DNA of 64,000 bases from Octopus sinensis (taxonomy: Eukaryota), in the NCBI RefSeq assembly GCF_006345805.1, contig NC_042999.1, positions 161,076,001 to 161,140,000 on the forward strand, read 5' to 3'. The stretch's first letter is position 1; each line of letters opens with the position of its first letter. The position numbers and the translations under genes were made by a program. The notes beneath the pieces were generated by a model that was not told the origin of the DNA, ran no database searches, and worked only from the letters and a program-made list of their open reading frames with translations. Below, one piece after another: positions 50,660-63,918 of this stretch.

Positions 50660-53057
50660 CTTTTAACATCAATTGCAACTTTTGCTCAATGGAATTATGA
50701 GAGACCCAAAGAAAACACCTGAATGGTTAGTGGTATTACTTACCTACTTCCAAAGAATAACGAAACCAATCTTCCAAAAAACTATCGGCCTATAACCTGT
50801 CTATCCACCACGTATAAAATCCTAACATCTATCCTGGCGGAGAAAACATATGCATTCATGGAGAAGAACGATATTTTCCCCATTGAACAAAAAGGGTGCC
50901 GCCGAGGCTCATACGGATGCAATTATTCGTATGATCCTAATTATTCGTATGATCCTTGAGAACTGTCACAACAAGCGCAGAAATCTCAGCTCCGCATGGA
51001 TTGACTATAAAAAGGATTTCGACAGTATACCGCATCCATGGATCTTGAGATCGCTGGACATCTTCAAAATTTCCCCTGTGATTTCAAGCTTCCTGAAGCA
51101 CAATATGTCGTTGTGGAATACGAATCTCCAATTATACCACTTTAATGGAGTACTTGCCTCAGAGAATATAAACATCAACTGTGAAATTTTTCAAGGTGAC
51201 TCACTTTCACCTTTAATATTCTGCATAGCCCTAATACCCCTTACAAGTGAATTAAACAGAACAGGGTATGGGTATAAAATTGCCAATAAAAGAATAAGCC
51301 ATCTATTTTATATGGATGACTTAAAACTCTATGGTAAAGACGATAATGAACTTGAAGGCCTATTGCGCACTGTGAAAGTATTCAGCGATGACATCGGGAT
51401 GGAGTTTGGGCTTGAGAAGTGTGCCAAGGCCACTTTCCAGAAAGGGAAAGTGAAGACCACAAGTTCAGTCGTGTTAGATGTTGACACAGTCATAAGAGAG
51501 CTTGAGCAAGAACAAACATACAAATATTTAGGGATAAATGAAGGCTCTGGTATTCAGCATGCAAGCATGAAAGAGAAGATCAGGAAGGAATGTTATAGGA
51601 GAGTTCGTGCAGTCCTGAAATCTGAACTAAATGCACGTAACAAGGTGTTAGCTATAAATTCCTTAGCAGTTCCAGCTGTTACTTATAGCTACAATGTGTT
51701 GAACTGGAATATGAGTGAAGTAAAGAATATAGATAGGAAAATACGCAAGCTGCTGAGTTGTAATAGGATGCACCACCCAAAGGCAGACGTAGATCGCCTT
51801 TACCTCCCCAGAGCCCAAGGAGGTCGAGGCCTGATCCAATTTGAACTAGATTACAAAACAACCACAATTGGACTGGCCAAATATCTTGAAATAACAAATG
51901 ACTGGATGCTAAAGCTCGTGGAAAATCACGAGAGACGAAAGATGCATCATTCTATCATAAAGGAAAGCAAAAAAATTTGCTATTGATCTCGTGCAGGATA
52001 CCCAAACTGAACAACCCGAGGGAAGTACGGCAACTATTGTTGTAAAGAAGGTAAAAATAATGGCAACGAAAAAAGCGCACGAGCAATTGGCTGATAGGTG
52101 GGAGAGAAACCTCTGCACGGCAAATATGTGCCCGTAGCAAACAAGCTGATGTTGACCAGAAGCAAACCATCAGTGGCTACGGAGGCTCAGGGCTAAAAGA
52201 GAGCGAAGGTTTCATCTTGGCTGCTCAAGATCAAAGCCTATTAACCCGGAACTACCAGGCCATTGTGATGAAAAATGGAGCAGACCCAAAATGCCGATTC
52301 TGCAACGACATGATTGAAACAGTGGACCACCTAATCTCTGGATGTCTTAGTCTTAGCACCAGTGGAGTATAAATTAAGACATGACAGAGTTGGCCAATAT
52401 CTACACTGGCTAATAAGTTGGATTACAATATCAAAACTGCCGACAAGTGGTATAATCACCACCCTGAAGCTGTAACTGAAGGAGAAAATGTAACGATTCT
52501 GTGGGACTTTCCAGTACATACAATACAACCGACCATCAAAGCCAATAAACCGGATATTGTTGTGAAAGACCAAAACAATAAAGTTTGTTTATTGATCGAC
52601 ATGAGCATCCCCTGTGATCATAATATCTCGGCGAAAGAGTTTGACAAGCTCAGAAAATATAAAGACCTACTCATTGAAATTGAGAAAATGTGGCATCTCA
52701 AGGCGATTACAATACCAGTGATCGTAGGAGCACTAGGAATGATCAAGAAGGGAACCGAAAATTATATGAGAATGATCCCTGGCTTACCATCCCTGCAAGA
52801 AGTGCAAAAGATTGTCTTAACTGGTACATCACACGTATTGAGAAGAGCATTGTCGATGTGAGAACTATTACTACCCATGTATTTTAATTTAACTTTAAAA
52901 TAAAAATAAAAAATGAACGAACTAGTGAGGTTAGTTTAATGGCCTACCAATGTATACTATGAGTTTCTTTGCCCTAGGAGTCGGGAAGACACTCGGCAAG
53001 AAATGGAAGCAAATTTGAAAGAAGAAGAAAAAAAAGATAACAATAATAATAATAATT
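50660..53057 (+). mobile_element. R4/Dong-clade non-LTR retrotransposon, 5'-truncated (RT, CCHC, RLE, 3' UTR, (AAT)n tail)
   Basis: NYRPITCL; FQGDSLSPL; YMDDLKLY; CRFCNDMIETVDHLISGC; ANKPDIVVKD..LLIDMSIP..K.RKYKDL (PD-(D/E)xK nuclease). Tail AATAATAATAAT. A few frameshifts. Confidence 0.93.
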
Positions 53058-53151
53058 TATTTTATTTAAATATCAATATGTTACATACGCGCTCAGTCAC
53101 ATTCATGAATATGAATATAAATATTGATATATATATTTTCACTCAGTGGTG

Positions 53152-53183
<32 letters not shown>

Positions 53184-53739
53184 TGTATGTATGTATGTAT
53201 GTATGTATGTATGTATGTACATCTGTATGTATGGATGTGTGTGTGTGCTTTAAATTAGACTATCGTACATTTAACAATATGTAACAATAAGGAAATAACT
53301 GTCATTGTCAATATCATAAACCATCCTCGTTCTCCGCTTCTCCTCCCCTTCCTCCTCCTCCTCCACCTCATCATCATCATCATTATCATCATCCGTCGCC
53401 CCTCCTCATTGCCACCACCACCACCACCACCACCACCACCACCACCACCATGTACATCAACAGTATATCAGTAATTCTTAAAACTTTTAAAACTGCCCCT
53501 TCCCCCGCCATCTTGATAATCTTGATCGCCACCTACGAAATAATCACATCAACCTCATTACTAACTATCCCGTGATAGGATCAATAGATATATTGTATAC
53601 ACTATCATGTTTGGTTGTTGTTGTCCCGGCAAATCATTCAATCAATCATTTTTGACTTATCGATTCTTGCTTTCTGTACGCACATGAATGCCTGAGGTAT
53701 GTATCTGTGTGTGTATGCGTGAATTCGTGCGTGTGTATG

Positions 53740-54354
53740 TGCCTATGTACATACATACATAAATACATACATACATACATACATACATATACATACATAC
53801 ATATATACATACATACATATACACACACACATACATACATACATACATACATACATCAACATACGTACATACATACTCATACACACATACATACATACAT
53901 ACATACATACATACATAATACATAACATACATACAACACACACATACATACATACATACACAACACCAATACATACATAATACATACATACATACATACA
54001 TACTACATACATCATACATACATACATACATACATACGTACGTACGTACATACATACGTACGTACATACATACAACATACATACAAACATACATACAACA
54101 TACACATACATACAAACATACATACATACACACATACATACATACATCATATATACATACTACATACATACATAAATACATACATACATCAACACAAACA
54201 CATACATACATACATACATACACACACACATACATACATACATAATACATACATACATACATACATACATACATACATACATACATACACATACACACAC
54301 ACATACATACATACATACATCATACACACCACATACATACATACATATACAAAG

Positions 54355-54398
<44 letters not shown>

Positions 54399-54402
54399 AT
54401 AA
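53740..54402. repeat. degenerate (TACA)n followed by (TA)n
   Basis: Direct reading. Confidence 0.95.
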
Positions 54403-54568
54403 TTAGCACGATGCTTTAAGGATACAGTGAGCATCAACCTATTCAGAAATGAGAGCTAAGGTCTCTGTTCAGCTGCCATAACACACCAAAATCATAGAAA
54501 GTAATAGTATGCGAGGAAACGGACAAAGAATTAAAAAGAATACCTTTAAAGATTATGCTGTTCAGATG

Positions 54569-54625
54569 CTCATATACTATAGTCTCGGGTGTTGGCCCGA
54601 GAGGCCTAACCGTCGTCAGTATGAG
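54569..54625 (-). ncRNA. type I hammerhead fold with GAAA->GAGA substitution
   Basis: Minus strand CTCATA-CTGACGA-stem II (inner GGCC/GGCC)-GAGA-CTATAG-TA|-TATGAG. Palindromic ACTATAGT stem III, perfect 6-bp stem I. Confidence 0.7.
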
Positions 54626-54714
54626 TCAGTCACTTGGCAAGACATTCCAAATCCGCCACGTTATAAATCCATTAGCGTCTGGCTTCTTTGTACACTTATA
54701 CATATATATATGTA

Positions 54715-54777
<63 letters not shown>

Positions 54778-54903
54778 TATATATGTATGTATGTATGTAT
54801 ATATCTATATCTTATCTTTATCTATCTATCTAGGTATTATAATATATAAATGTGTACTTACATATAAGAGAACAAAGTGTACGTACGCTCGCTATATATA
54901 TAA

Positions 54904-54954
<51 letters not shown>

Positions 54955-55829
54955 CATATATATGAAACAGAAAATGGGACAAGAACGCAAAACATCCAGA
55001 CAACTAGGTGATACAAATAGGGACAACAAAACATCCAGATAGACGATACAAGGACGGGTCATTCGAAGCTTCCATCTTCAGTCAAGAACCATTTCATCCT
55101 CGCTATTTCGGCTGATACACACACACACACACACACATATCACACACACACACACATATATATATATATAGATATATATATATCGGTTTTGATTTGGTTT
55201 GCAAGATTCTTTATGTGAGTTCGTGTTTGAAGCATTATTCGTTGTGTCTGGGTAAAATTTCCACTTATTTCCTTTTTGTTTGTTTGTGCGAATGCGTGTG
55301 GGTCAGTGTGTGTGTGTGTGTGTGCCTACACATGTATGCATGCATGTATGCATGCATGTATGTATGTATGTATGTATGTATGTATGTGTGTATGCATGTG
55401 TATGTGTGCATATGTATATATGTATGTGTGTGTCTATAATTGTATATATTCATGTGTTTAGGTGTCTATGTTTATGTTTTCATGTCTGTGCTTGCGTGTG
55501 TGTGTGTATGTTTGCATATGTGTATGTGAACCTTTGTCTCCTTGTGTGTGTGCATGTCTGAATGTGTATGTGTGTGTGTGTGTTTTGCAACTATGTACTG
55601 TGTCTGTATGTATGGATGTGTATCTCCATATGCGTGGACGTGTGTCTCCTTATGTGTCCTTGTGTGAAGTGAAGTGTGTGTGTATATGGTCATGTGTTTC
55701 AGTCTTCATCTGCGTATGTGTGCTTGTCTGTTCTTATAACCTATGTAACTATCCGTCTGTATGTCTATCTGTTTACTTTCATATCCATATGTCTACATAC
55801 AAGTGCATATGGATATGAATGTAAACATA

Positions 55830-55965
55830 GACTTGCCTTTCATCCTTTCGGGGTCGATAAATAAAGTACCAGTTTCGCACTGGGGACGATATAGTCGGCT
55901 CAATCCCTTCGTCTGTCCTTGTTTGTTCTCTCTATGTTTAGCCCCTTCTGGGCAGTAAAGAAATA
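55830..55965 (+). mobile_element. SINE A, 5'-truncated
   Basis: Core + tail only. Confidence 0.85.
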
Positions 55966-56316
55966 TATATGAACAGACAAGCACACATACACAAATGGAG
56001 ACTAAAACACATGACCATATATACACACACACTTTACTTCACACAAAGACACATATGGAGACACACATCTACACATACAAACTCGGTACATAGTTGCGAA
56101 ACACACACACACACTCAGACATGCACACACAGAAGGAGACAGAAGTACACACTCACATATACAAGCACACACACGCGCACACACATACATAAAAACACAC
56201 AAACACGGACACGCAAACACATGAATATGCAGAATACAAATATAGACACACACATATATACATATATAGATATGCACACACACATACATTCATACAGACA
56301 CATACATACATACATT

Positions 56317-56364
<48 letters not shown>

Positions 56365-56368
<4 letters not shown>

Positions 56369-56870
56369 TTAGATAAAACTTAGATATGTTTCGACCAGAG
56401 ATTGGTCCAGGCCATGTCTAACTTAATAGCACCACCTGATAGGATTATTCGAATCCTGTTTAAGTCAAGTTTTGTTCAAGTAGTGAGTTCTTGTTGGGTG
56501 AGTTGTATCCAATTATGGGTGGCTTATCTGGTATTCTTTGAAGGAATCTATCCAGACTCTGTTGAAGTTGATGGGATCCTTTTCCTCTTTGATCTCCCCG
56601 GGACAATGTTAAAAGGGCAGGGCCTGTTGAGGAAAAGAAATTATGTTGCGTGTACATGTATGTTGTGATCTTGAATTTGGCAGGGGACGTATAGCCCGTG
56701 GTCCAAGTCTTGGATGAACCTCGAAGCTAATGTTTAGGTCGTTTGGGCAAAGTTGGCGGTATATTTTTCCACATCGTACAAATGATGTACCGCTCAGCGA
56801 CGCTGGAGGGAGTAAAGTTTCAAGGCTTTAGGCGATCCCAATAATCGAGAAGCAGCCATGCCTTCAATTT
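56365..56870 (-). mobile_element. CR1/L2-group LINE 3' end
   Basis: KALKLYSLQRR*..FFSSTGPALL..LDRFLQRIPDKPPIIGY..KNSLLEQ. Tail repeats ATCTAAGTTTT. Confidence 0.75.
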
Positions 56871-56878
56871 GTTTAATA

Positions 56879-56926
<48 letters not shown>

Positions 56927-57079
56927 ATATATATACATATATATATGTATGCATATAAATATATATATACATAATATTTTATATACATATGTATATATGT
57001 ATATATTATATATATGTATATTATACATATATATGCATATATACATATATATGTGTGTGTAGATATATATGCACATATT

Positions 57080-57146
<67 letters not shown>

Positions 57147-57564
57147 GTACTTAAATATGTATATATACATATATGTGTATGTGTATTTAAACTTACTTGA
57201 AAATGGATGTGTGGCGTTGCATAAACAATAATAATATAAATAATATATGCATATATCCATACATATATATATATATATAGATAGATACATATATATATAC
57301 ATACATATATCTGTATATAGATATGCATATGTGGGTACAGTACGTCACCAAACGTAAAGAACACGAAATATGAAAAGAAAGTTGGGTTCGCAAACAAGGA
57401 GAGAAACAAATGGAAAACAAGATAAGTAACATAAAGAATGACCCTTCATCAGTTGTCAGCTTCCTTCTGCTCGTTATTTCATCAAAATCGATAAAACGAT
57501 GTAGGAGAGAGTTAGCTAACAACTTCACAAACACACCCAGAGGCAGAATCCCCCCACATATGTA

Positions 57565-57626
<62 letters not shown>

Positions 57627-57640
57627 ATAATATATATATA

Positions 57641-58366
57641 CAGGGTGATTGGAAAGTAACTCCCTATTTTAAAATACTTATAATTTATTTATAACTAAAT
57701 TTTTTTCTCAAATTTGTGTGTATGTTCTTTAATGTATAGGAATTGATTCCATGCTGTTTATTTTTCAGATTGATTATTTTGTTTGAAATTTAGAAGCCCT
57801 ACAAACATGGCTGGATGTTTTACTGTGCAGGAGCGTGCCCAGCTAGCTGCACATTACGAAGTTTGGAGATCAGTTGTTCAAGTGCAAAGATGGTGGAGGA
57901 CCATTAGAGGAAGACATGCTCAAGTTGATGCAAAAAGATAATCAAGAATTGTCATGCAAATTCATGACTACAGGATTTGTAGCTGATACTTGAAGTGGTC
58001 GTCCTTCCAATTCATCAAGGTTCGCATGACTGGCTGGCCAGAAGCCCTGATTTAACACCCTGCGACTGTTTTCTTTGGGGTTGGTTAAAGGAGGAAGTCT
58101 TCTCTGCCAAACCAATGCTTTTGGAAGAACTTGAGGGGTGAATATGAGAAGTTATGTCTTGCATTCCACAAGAGTTCCTGATGAAATCAGTTGATGTGGT
58201 TCCTAGGCAGCGTCAGAAGCTGCTGGTGAATGCTGATGCCTATATCAACTTTTAAATATAATTCCATACTATACACTTTCTTTACATATTCGTTTTTTCT
58301 AAAAATTATAGTTAATAAATAAATTATAAGTATTTAAAAATAGGGAGTTACTTTTCAATCACCCTG
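57641..58366 (+). mobile_element. internally deleted Tc1/mariner (maT/Tc3-like) with ~60-bp TIRs and TA TSD
   Basis: TIR CAGGGTGATT(G)GAAAGTAACTCCCTATTTT. Encodes N-terminal HTH (..SGRPS) and WLARSPDLTPCDCFLWGWLK. Confidence 0.9.
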
Positions 58367-58376
58367 TAGATATTAC

Positions 58377-58431
<55 letters not shown>

Positions 58432-58526
58432 GTATGTATGTATGTATGTATGTATGTATGTAGTATGTATGTATGTAGTAGTATGATATATATATATGTA
58501 TGCATGTATGTATCTATGTATGTAGT

Positions 58527-58562
<36 letters not shown>

Positions 58563-58574
58563 ACGTATCTATCA

Positions 58575-58634
<60 letters not shown>

Positions 58635-58673
58635 CTCTCACTCTCTCCCTCTCTCTCTATATATAATATTATG

Positions 58674-58720
<47 letters not shown>

Positions 58721-58928
58721 CATATAATGTATATATCTATGTATACATATATGTGATAATATGTGTGTCTGTGCTTGTATCCCCACCATCGCTCGACAAC
58801 CAATGTTGACAAAAACACCCGATAGAATAAGTGACTCCAGCATGGCCGCAGTTAGATGACGATACAAGTAAAATAATACAAATTATGCCAATTGAATCCC
58901 GAGCAACGTCGAGTATCTCTGCAAATAT

Positions 58929-58961
<33 letters not shown>

Positions 58962-58977
58962 CACATCTATATATATA

Positions 58978-59021
<44 letters not shown>

Positions 59022-59034
59022 ATTATATAGAAGG

Positions 59035-59085
59035 AGCTTCTACAGGACTAGTACTGTTTCATTCAAGAGAAATCTTCAGGAAGCT
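59035..59085 (-). ncRNA. type I hammerhead ribozyme
   Basis: AGCTTC-CTGAAGA-TTTC(TCTT)GAAT-GAAA-CAG(TACTAGTC)CTG-TA|-GAAGCT. Confidence 0.8.
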
Positions 59086-59578
59086 ATTTAACAAGAATTG
59101 TATTAGCATTTATACATTTAGGCAGGTTTAAAGGAGTGGTGGTGGGGGACTTTTTAGGGGGTAGGCATAGCGCAAAATATCTACTTGGGGAGTGGTCAAG
59201 GAGTCAGTGGTAAGTTAGATGAAGGAATAGATTAAATAAAAAAATAAAATATAAAGAATAAAAATAATAATAAATAATAATAATAATAATAAATAATATA
59301 AAGAATAAAAAATAATAAATAATAAATAATAAATAATAAATAATAAATAATATATTTTTTATTATATAATTATTTTTTATTCTTTATTTTTTATTCTTTA
59401 TTTTTTATTCTTTATTTTATTTTTTTATTTATCTATTCCTTAATCTAACTTACCACTGACTCCTTGACCACTCCCCCAGTATGATATTTTGCGCTATGCC
59501 TACCCCCTAAAAAGTCCCCCACCACCACTCCTTTAAACCTGCCTAAATGTATAAATGCTAATACAATTCTTGTTAAAT

Positions 59579-59629
59579 AGCTTCCTGAAGATTCTCTTGA
59601 ATGAAACAGTACTAGTCCTGTAGAAGGCT
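59579..59629 (+). ncRNA. type I hammerhead ribozyme (mirror copy, 1-nt indels)
   Basis: AGCTTC-CTGAAGA-TTC(TCTT)GAAT-GAAA-CAG(TACTAGTC)CTG-TA|-GAAGGCT. Confidence 0.7.
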
Positions 59630-59714
59630 CCTTCTATAAATAAATTAACTTTACTATTGCTATGTATTGAGTACCTTACTTACTGTGGTTAACCCCGGAT
59701 CAACCCGGGACCTA

Positions 59715-59747
59715 CATATATATAATATATATATATATATTATATAT

Positions 59748-59801
<54 letters not shown>

Positions 59802-59828
59802 ATATATATTATATATATATATATTACA

Positions 59829-59888
<60 letters not shown>

Positions 59889-59912
59889 GATGTATATATA
59901 TATATATATACA

Positions 59913-59964
<52 letters not shown>

Positions 59965-59968
59965 CATC

Positions 59969-60000
<32 letters not shown>

Positions 60001-60651
60001 GTATATATGTATATATGTACTATATCCGCTCTCACAGACACATACATACTCAGCGGCACACCATGTGTGTGTGTAAGTTTGTATGTTTGATGTACATCAT
60101 TGCCTGGTAATAACATCCAGTATTGCAGACCTTAACTGTCCTAACAGGGTAACAGGCCTGACTAAACGGGGCTGAGTCACGTACAGATCTATCTGACGTC
60201 ACATTTGAAGTAGCAAATTGCTTGGAGGAATTATAGTGTGATCCGTGTGTGTGCGTATTTGTATGTGTGTGTGAGTGTATGTGTGTGTGTGTACGTGTGT
60301 GCGGGCGTACATACATTCCTGTATATGCGTGTGTGTATGTATGTATATAGTATGTATGTATATATATATATATATATATCAATTTTATATGTATATATAC
60401 ATACATACATTATATATATATATATATATTATATATATATATATATTATATATATATATATACATATATATATACCACACACAATATATATATATATATA
60501 TACATATATATATACATATATATAAATATATATATAGCACAGACACACACATATATATACACATATATGTATATACATAGATACATACATACATATATAA
60601 GTATATATATGCAATATATATATATATATAGATACATACATACTTATATAT

Positions 60652-60690
<39 letters not shown>
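59715..60690. repeat. (TA)n-rich arrays interrupted by a ~150-bp unique island
   Basis: Direct reading. Similar arrays at 56860-57320 and 58370-58730. Confidence 0.9.
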
Positions 60691-60695
<5 letters not shown>

Positions 60696-62129
60696 TTTTT
60701 ACCTTTGAAAGGCACACACGCGCCGTTTATTTTTGAATGTTAAAGAAAAAGAACGTTTATAACTACATGACCGTAGTTTATATGTTTGTATATGGATATA
60801 TATATAAGGGGAAGAATATCTGTATATGTGTATGATATGTGTGTGTGTTTCTGTATGTGTGTGTGTGCGCGCGAGTAGGGGAAAGTAGCTGTTCGAAAGA
60901 AGAAGGCGATACGTGAAAGGTAAGGTTTGCATAGAAAGATATACATACGTAGGTATACACACACAGAAATATGCATTCATACGAGTATGTGCACGTGTGT
61001 GCACGAGTGTGTGTTTGTGTGTTTGCGCGTGTATGTGCTTCTGTTCGATCAACTAACGCAAGGTGAGAGGGAGGAAGAAAGAAAGAGAGATAAAGAGATA
61101 GATGGATAGATAGGTAGATAGATAAAGCGAGAGAAAGAGAGAAAGACAGAGATAGAGATGTAGGGAGAAAGAGAGGTAGCAGAAGGAAGAAAAGGTTAGG
61201 GAAAGAAAGAGAATTAAGCGGACAAAAGGAAAGTGAAACGCAGATTTTTGAGTTTTTGTGCGCGGAATGTGCATTCGAGCGTGAAACAAATCTATTAAAA
61301 GCCACTTGCAAACGTGTTCAAATTAAACACACAGGCTCGTGTGCAACAAACACACACGCACATGCACACACACAACACACGCGCACACACACGCGCACAC
61401 GCGTATACACACAACTGTAAGTGTGTGTATATATATAGGTGCGTGTATGTGTGCGTGCGTACAACCGCACGCGCACACACACACCACCCACACTCATATG
61501 TATATACTCATGGTTACATACATGCGCGTTTGTGTTTGTGTGTATATTTGTATATATGTGTATACGTATATGCATTTGTATTTGTATGTTTGTTTGTATA
61601 TATGTATTACTTATATACACACACATACACAAATGGCAAGCACACACGCGTGTTTCAGTTTAGGAGCCCATTATACAAATGTTTGTTCTGACAAACATTT
61701 CAGCTCTTAAAGTCCAACAACACTGATAATAAGGCAGGTAGCAGGGGGCAATCACAGTGAAAAAAAAAATGTTAGGAAGTGAGAATGTAGGTGTCCGTGG
61801 CTTTGATGTTGATTGGGAGGTTGTGTTGCGTTGATAACAGCACAATATGACTTTTGTGTAAATAACGACTACATCCACACACATCCACACACACACATAC
61901 ATATACATTCACACGCAAACAAATTCACACAAGTACACCTATGAATAAACGTACACAAGCAACACGCGCCGTGCGTCACGCCGATGCACGCTCAAAGCTC
62001 ATCACCGAATTATTATTATTTGAGGTTGGTAGAATCGTTATATGACTTCTGACGTTTTAATGATCTGAGTTCAAATTTCGCCGAGGTCGACTTTGCCTTT
62101 CATCCTTCGAGGTCGATGAAATAAATACC

Positions 62130-62324
62130 TATTTTTTTTACTACCCACAAGGGGCTAAACACAGAGGGGGAAAACAAGGACAGACAAACGGATTAAGTCG
62201 ATTAAATCGACCCCAGTGCGTAACTGGTACTTAATTTATCGACCACGAAAGGATGAAAGGCAAAGTCGACCTCGGCGGAATTTGAACTCAGAACGTAGCG
62301 GCTGACGAAATAACACAAAGCGTT
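62130..62324 (-). mobile_element. 5'-truncated SINE A inserted antisense into an older SINE (62020-62400), 17-bp TSD
   Basis: TCGATGAAATAAATACC at 62113-62129 and 62325-62341. Confidence 0.88.
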
Positions 62325-62759
62325 TCGATGAAATAAATACCAGTTATATACCCTCCCTAAAATTGCTGACCTTGTGACAAAATTAGAAACTGAAAGCTGG
62401 CAGACTGGTAGAATCATTAGCACGCCGGACAAAACTTTTAGCGACGTTTCTTCCGGTTTTATGCTTTCGAGTGCAGGCTTTGTGTCTATAGTGGAAAGAA
62501 TTATGCTTTGGATTTGGTAGAATTATTACAGCGTCCGACCAAACGTCTTCTGCTGGTTGTTCTGACTATTTACATTCCGAGTTCAAATCCCAACACCTGT
62601 TTTGGCTTTCATCCTTTCTTGGTTGAGAAAATAAAGTATTGGGGCCGATGTAATCAACGTAACCCTTCCTTAAAATTACAATGACCCATAAGACATCCCC
62701 TCTCCCCTAAATATTAAAAAAAATTACCAATGCTAAGAAAAGAAAAAGAAACTCACTCT

Positions 62760-62802
<43 letters not shown>

Positions 62803-62902
62803 CACACACACACACACAACTGGCGGATACGAACAAATGGATGGAGTTACTTTTGAGGAACGCTGCATCAACACTCTCCGCAGTTGCTACACCAATAATA
62901 TC

Positions 62903-63133
62903 TATTTCTTTACTACCCACAAGGGGCTAAACACAGAGAGGACAAACAAGGACAGACAAACGGATTAAGTCGATTATATCGACCTCAGTGCGTAACTGGT
63001 ACTTGATTTATCGACCCCGAAAGGATGAAAGGCAAAGTCGACCTCGGCGGAATTTGAACTCAGAACGTAACGGCAGACGAAATACGGCTACGCATTTCGC
63101 CCGGCGTGCTAACGTTTCTGCCAGCTCGCCGCC
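62903..63133 (-). mobile_element. SINE family A with 15-bp TSD
   Basis: TACACCAATAATATC at 62888-62902 and 63148-63162. Confidence 0.92.
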
Positions 63134-63511
63134 TTTATCATTTTATATACACCAATAATATCAACACCATCGTCCCCATCACCACCGTTACTACTATCAC
63201 AGGCGCCACTATTACACATACGATCTAATTCATACGCACAACAGCAGTCAGATTACACACCCCAGCGCGAACAAAACAGAAGCCATTAACTACACGGTTA
63301 TAAACACAAGCAATATAGAACTTATGGACGCATACACAAACATACAAACATTATAGACAATAACTGTATCTTGTTAACCAATAATGTTTCAGTACACATC
63401 ATTCATATATCAGACCATGCATGCAAAATCTTAAAAAATAAATCCCCGAAAAGAGCAGGAAGCTCCAGGGGGGAATATAAACAAAAGATTATGAGAAGAA
63501 TTACTCATGGA

Positions 63512-63918
63512 CAGGAGTGGCTGTGTGGTAAGTAGCTTGCTAACCAACCACATGGTTCCGGGTTCAGTCCCACTGCATGGCATCTTGGGCAAGTGTCTTC
63601 TGCTATAGTCCCGGGCCGATCAATGCCTTGTGAATGGATTTGGTAGACGGAAACTGAAAGAAGCCCGTCGTATATATTTATACATATATATGTGTGTGTG
63701 TGTATGTTTGTGTGTCTGTGTTTGTCCCCCTAGCATTGCTTGACAACCGATGCTGGTGTGTTTACGTCCCCGTCACATAGCGGTTCGGCAAAAGAGACCG
63801 ATAGAATAAGTACTGGACTTACAAAGAATAAGTCCCGGGGTCGATTTGCTCGACTAAAGGCGGTGCTCCAGCATGGCCGCAGTCAAATGACTGAAACAAG
63901 TAAAAGAGTAAAAGAGAG
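63512..63918 (+). mobile_element. SINE family B
   Basis: Full-length. ATGGAC duplicated at the flanks. Confidence 0.92.

Larger units (their letters stand above)
59026..59638. repeat. ~610-bp palindrome (two inverted copies of a pLTR-like unit, AT-rich centre)
   Basis: 59026-~59235 is the near-perfect reverse complement of ~59425-59638. (TA)n arrays on both sides. Confidence 0.93.
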
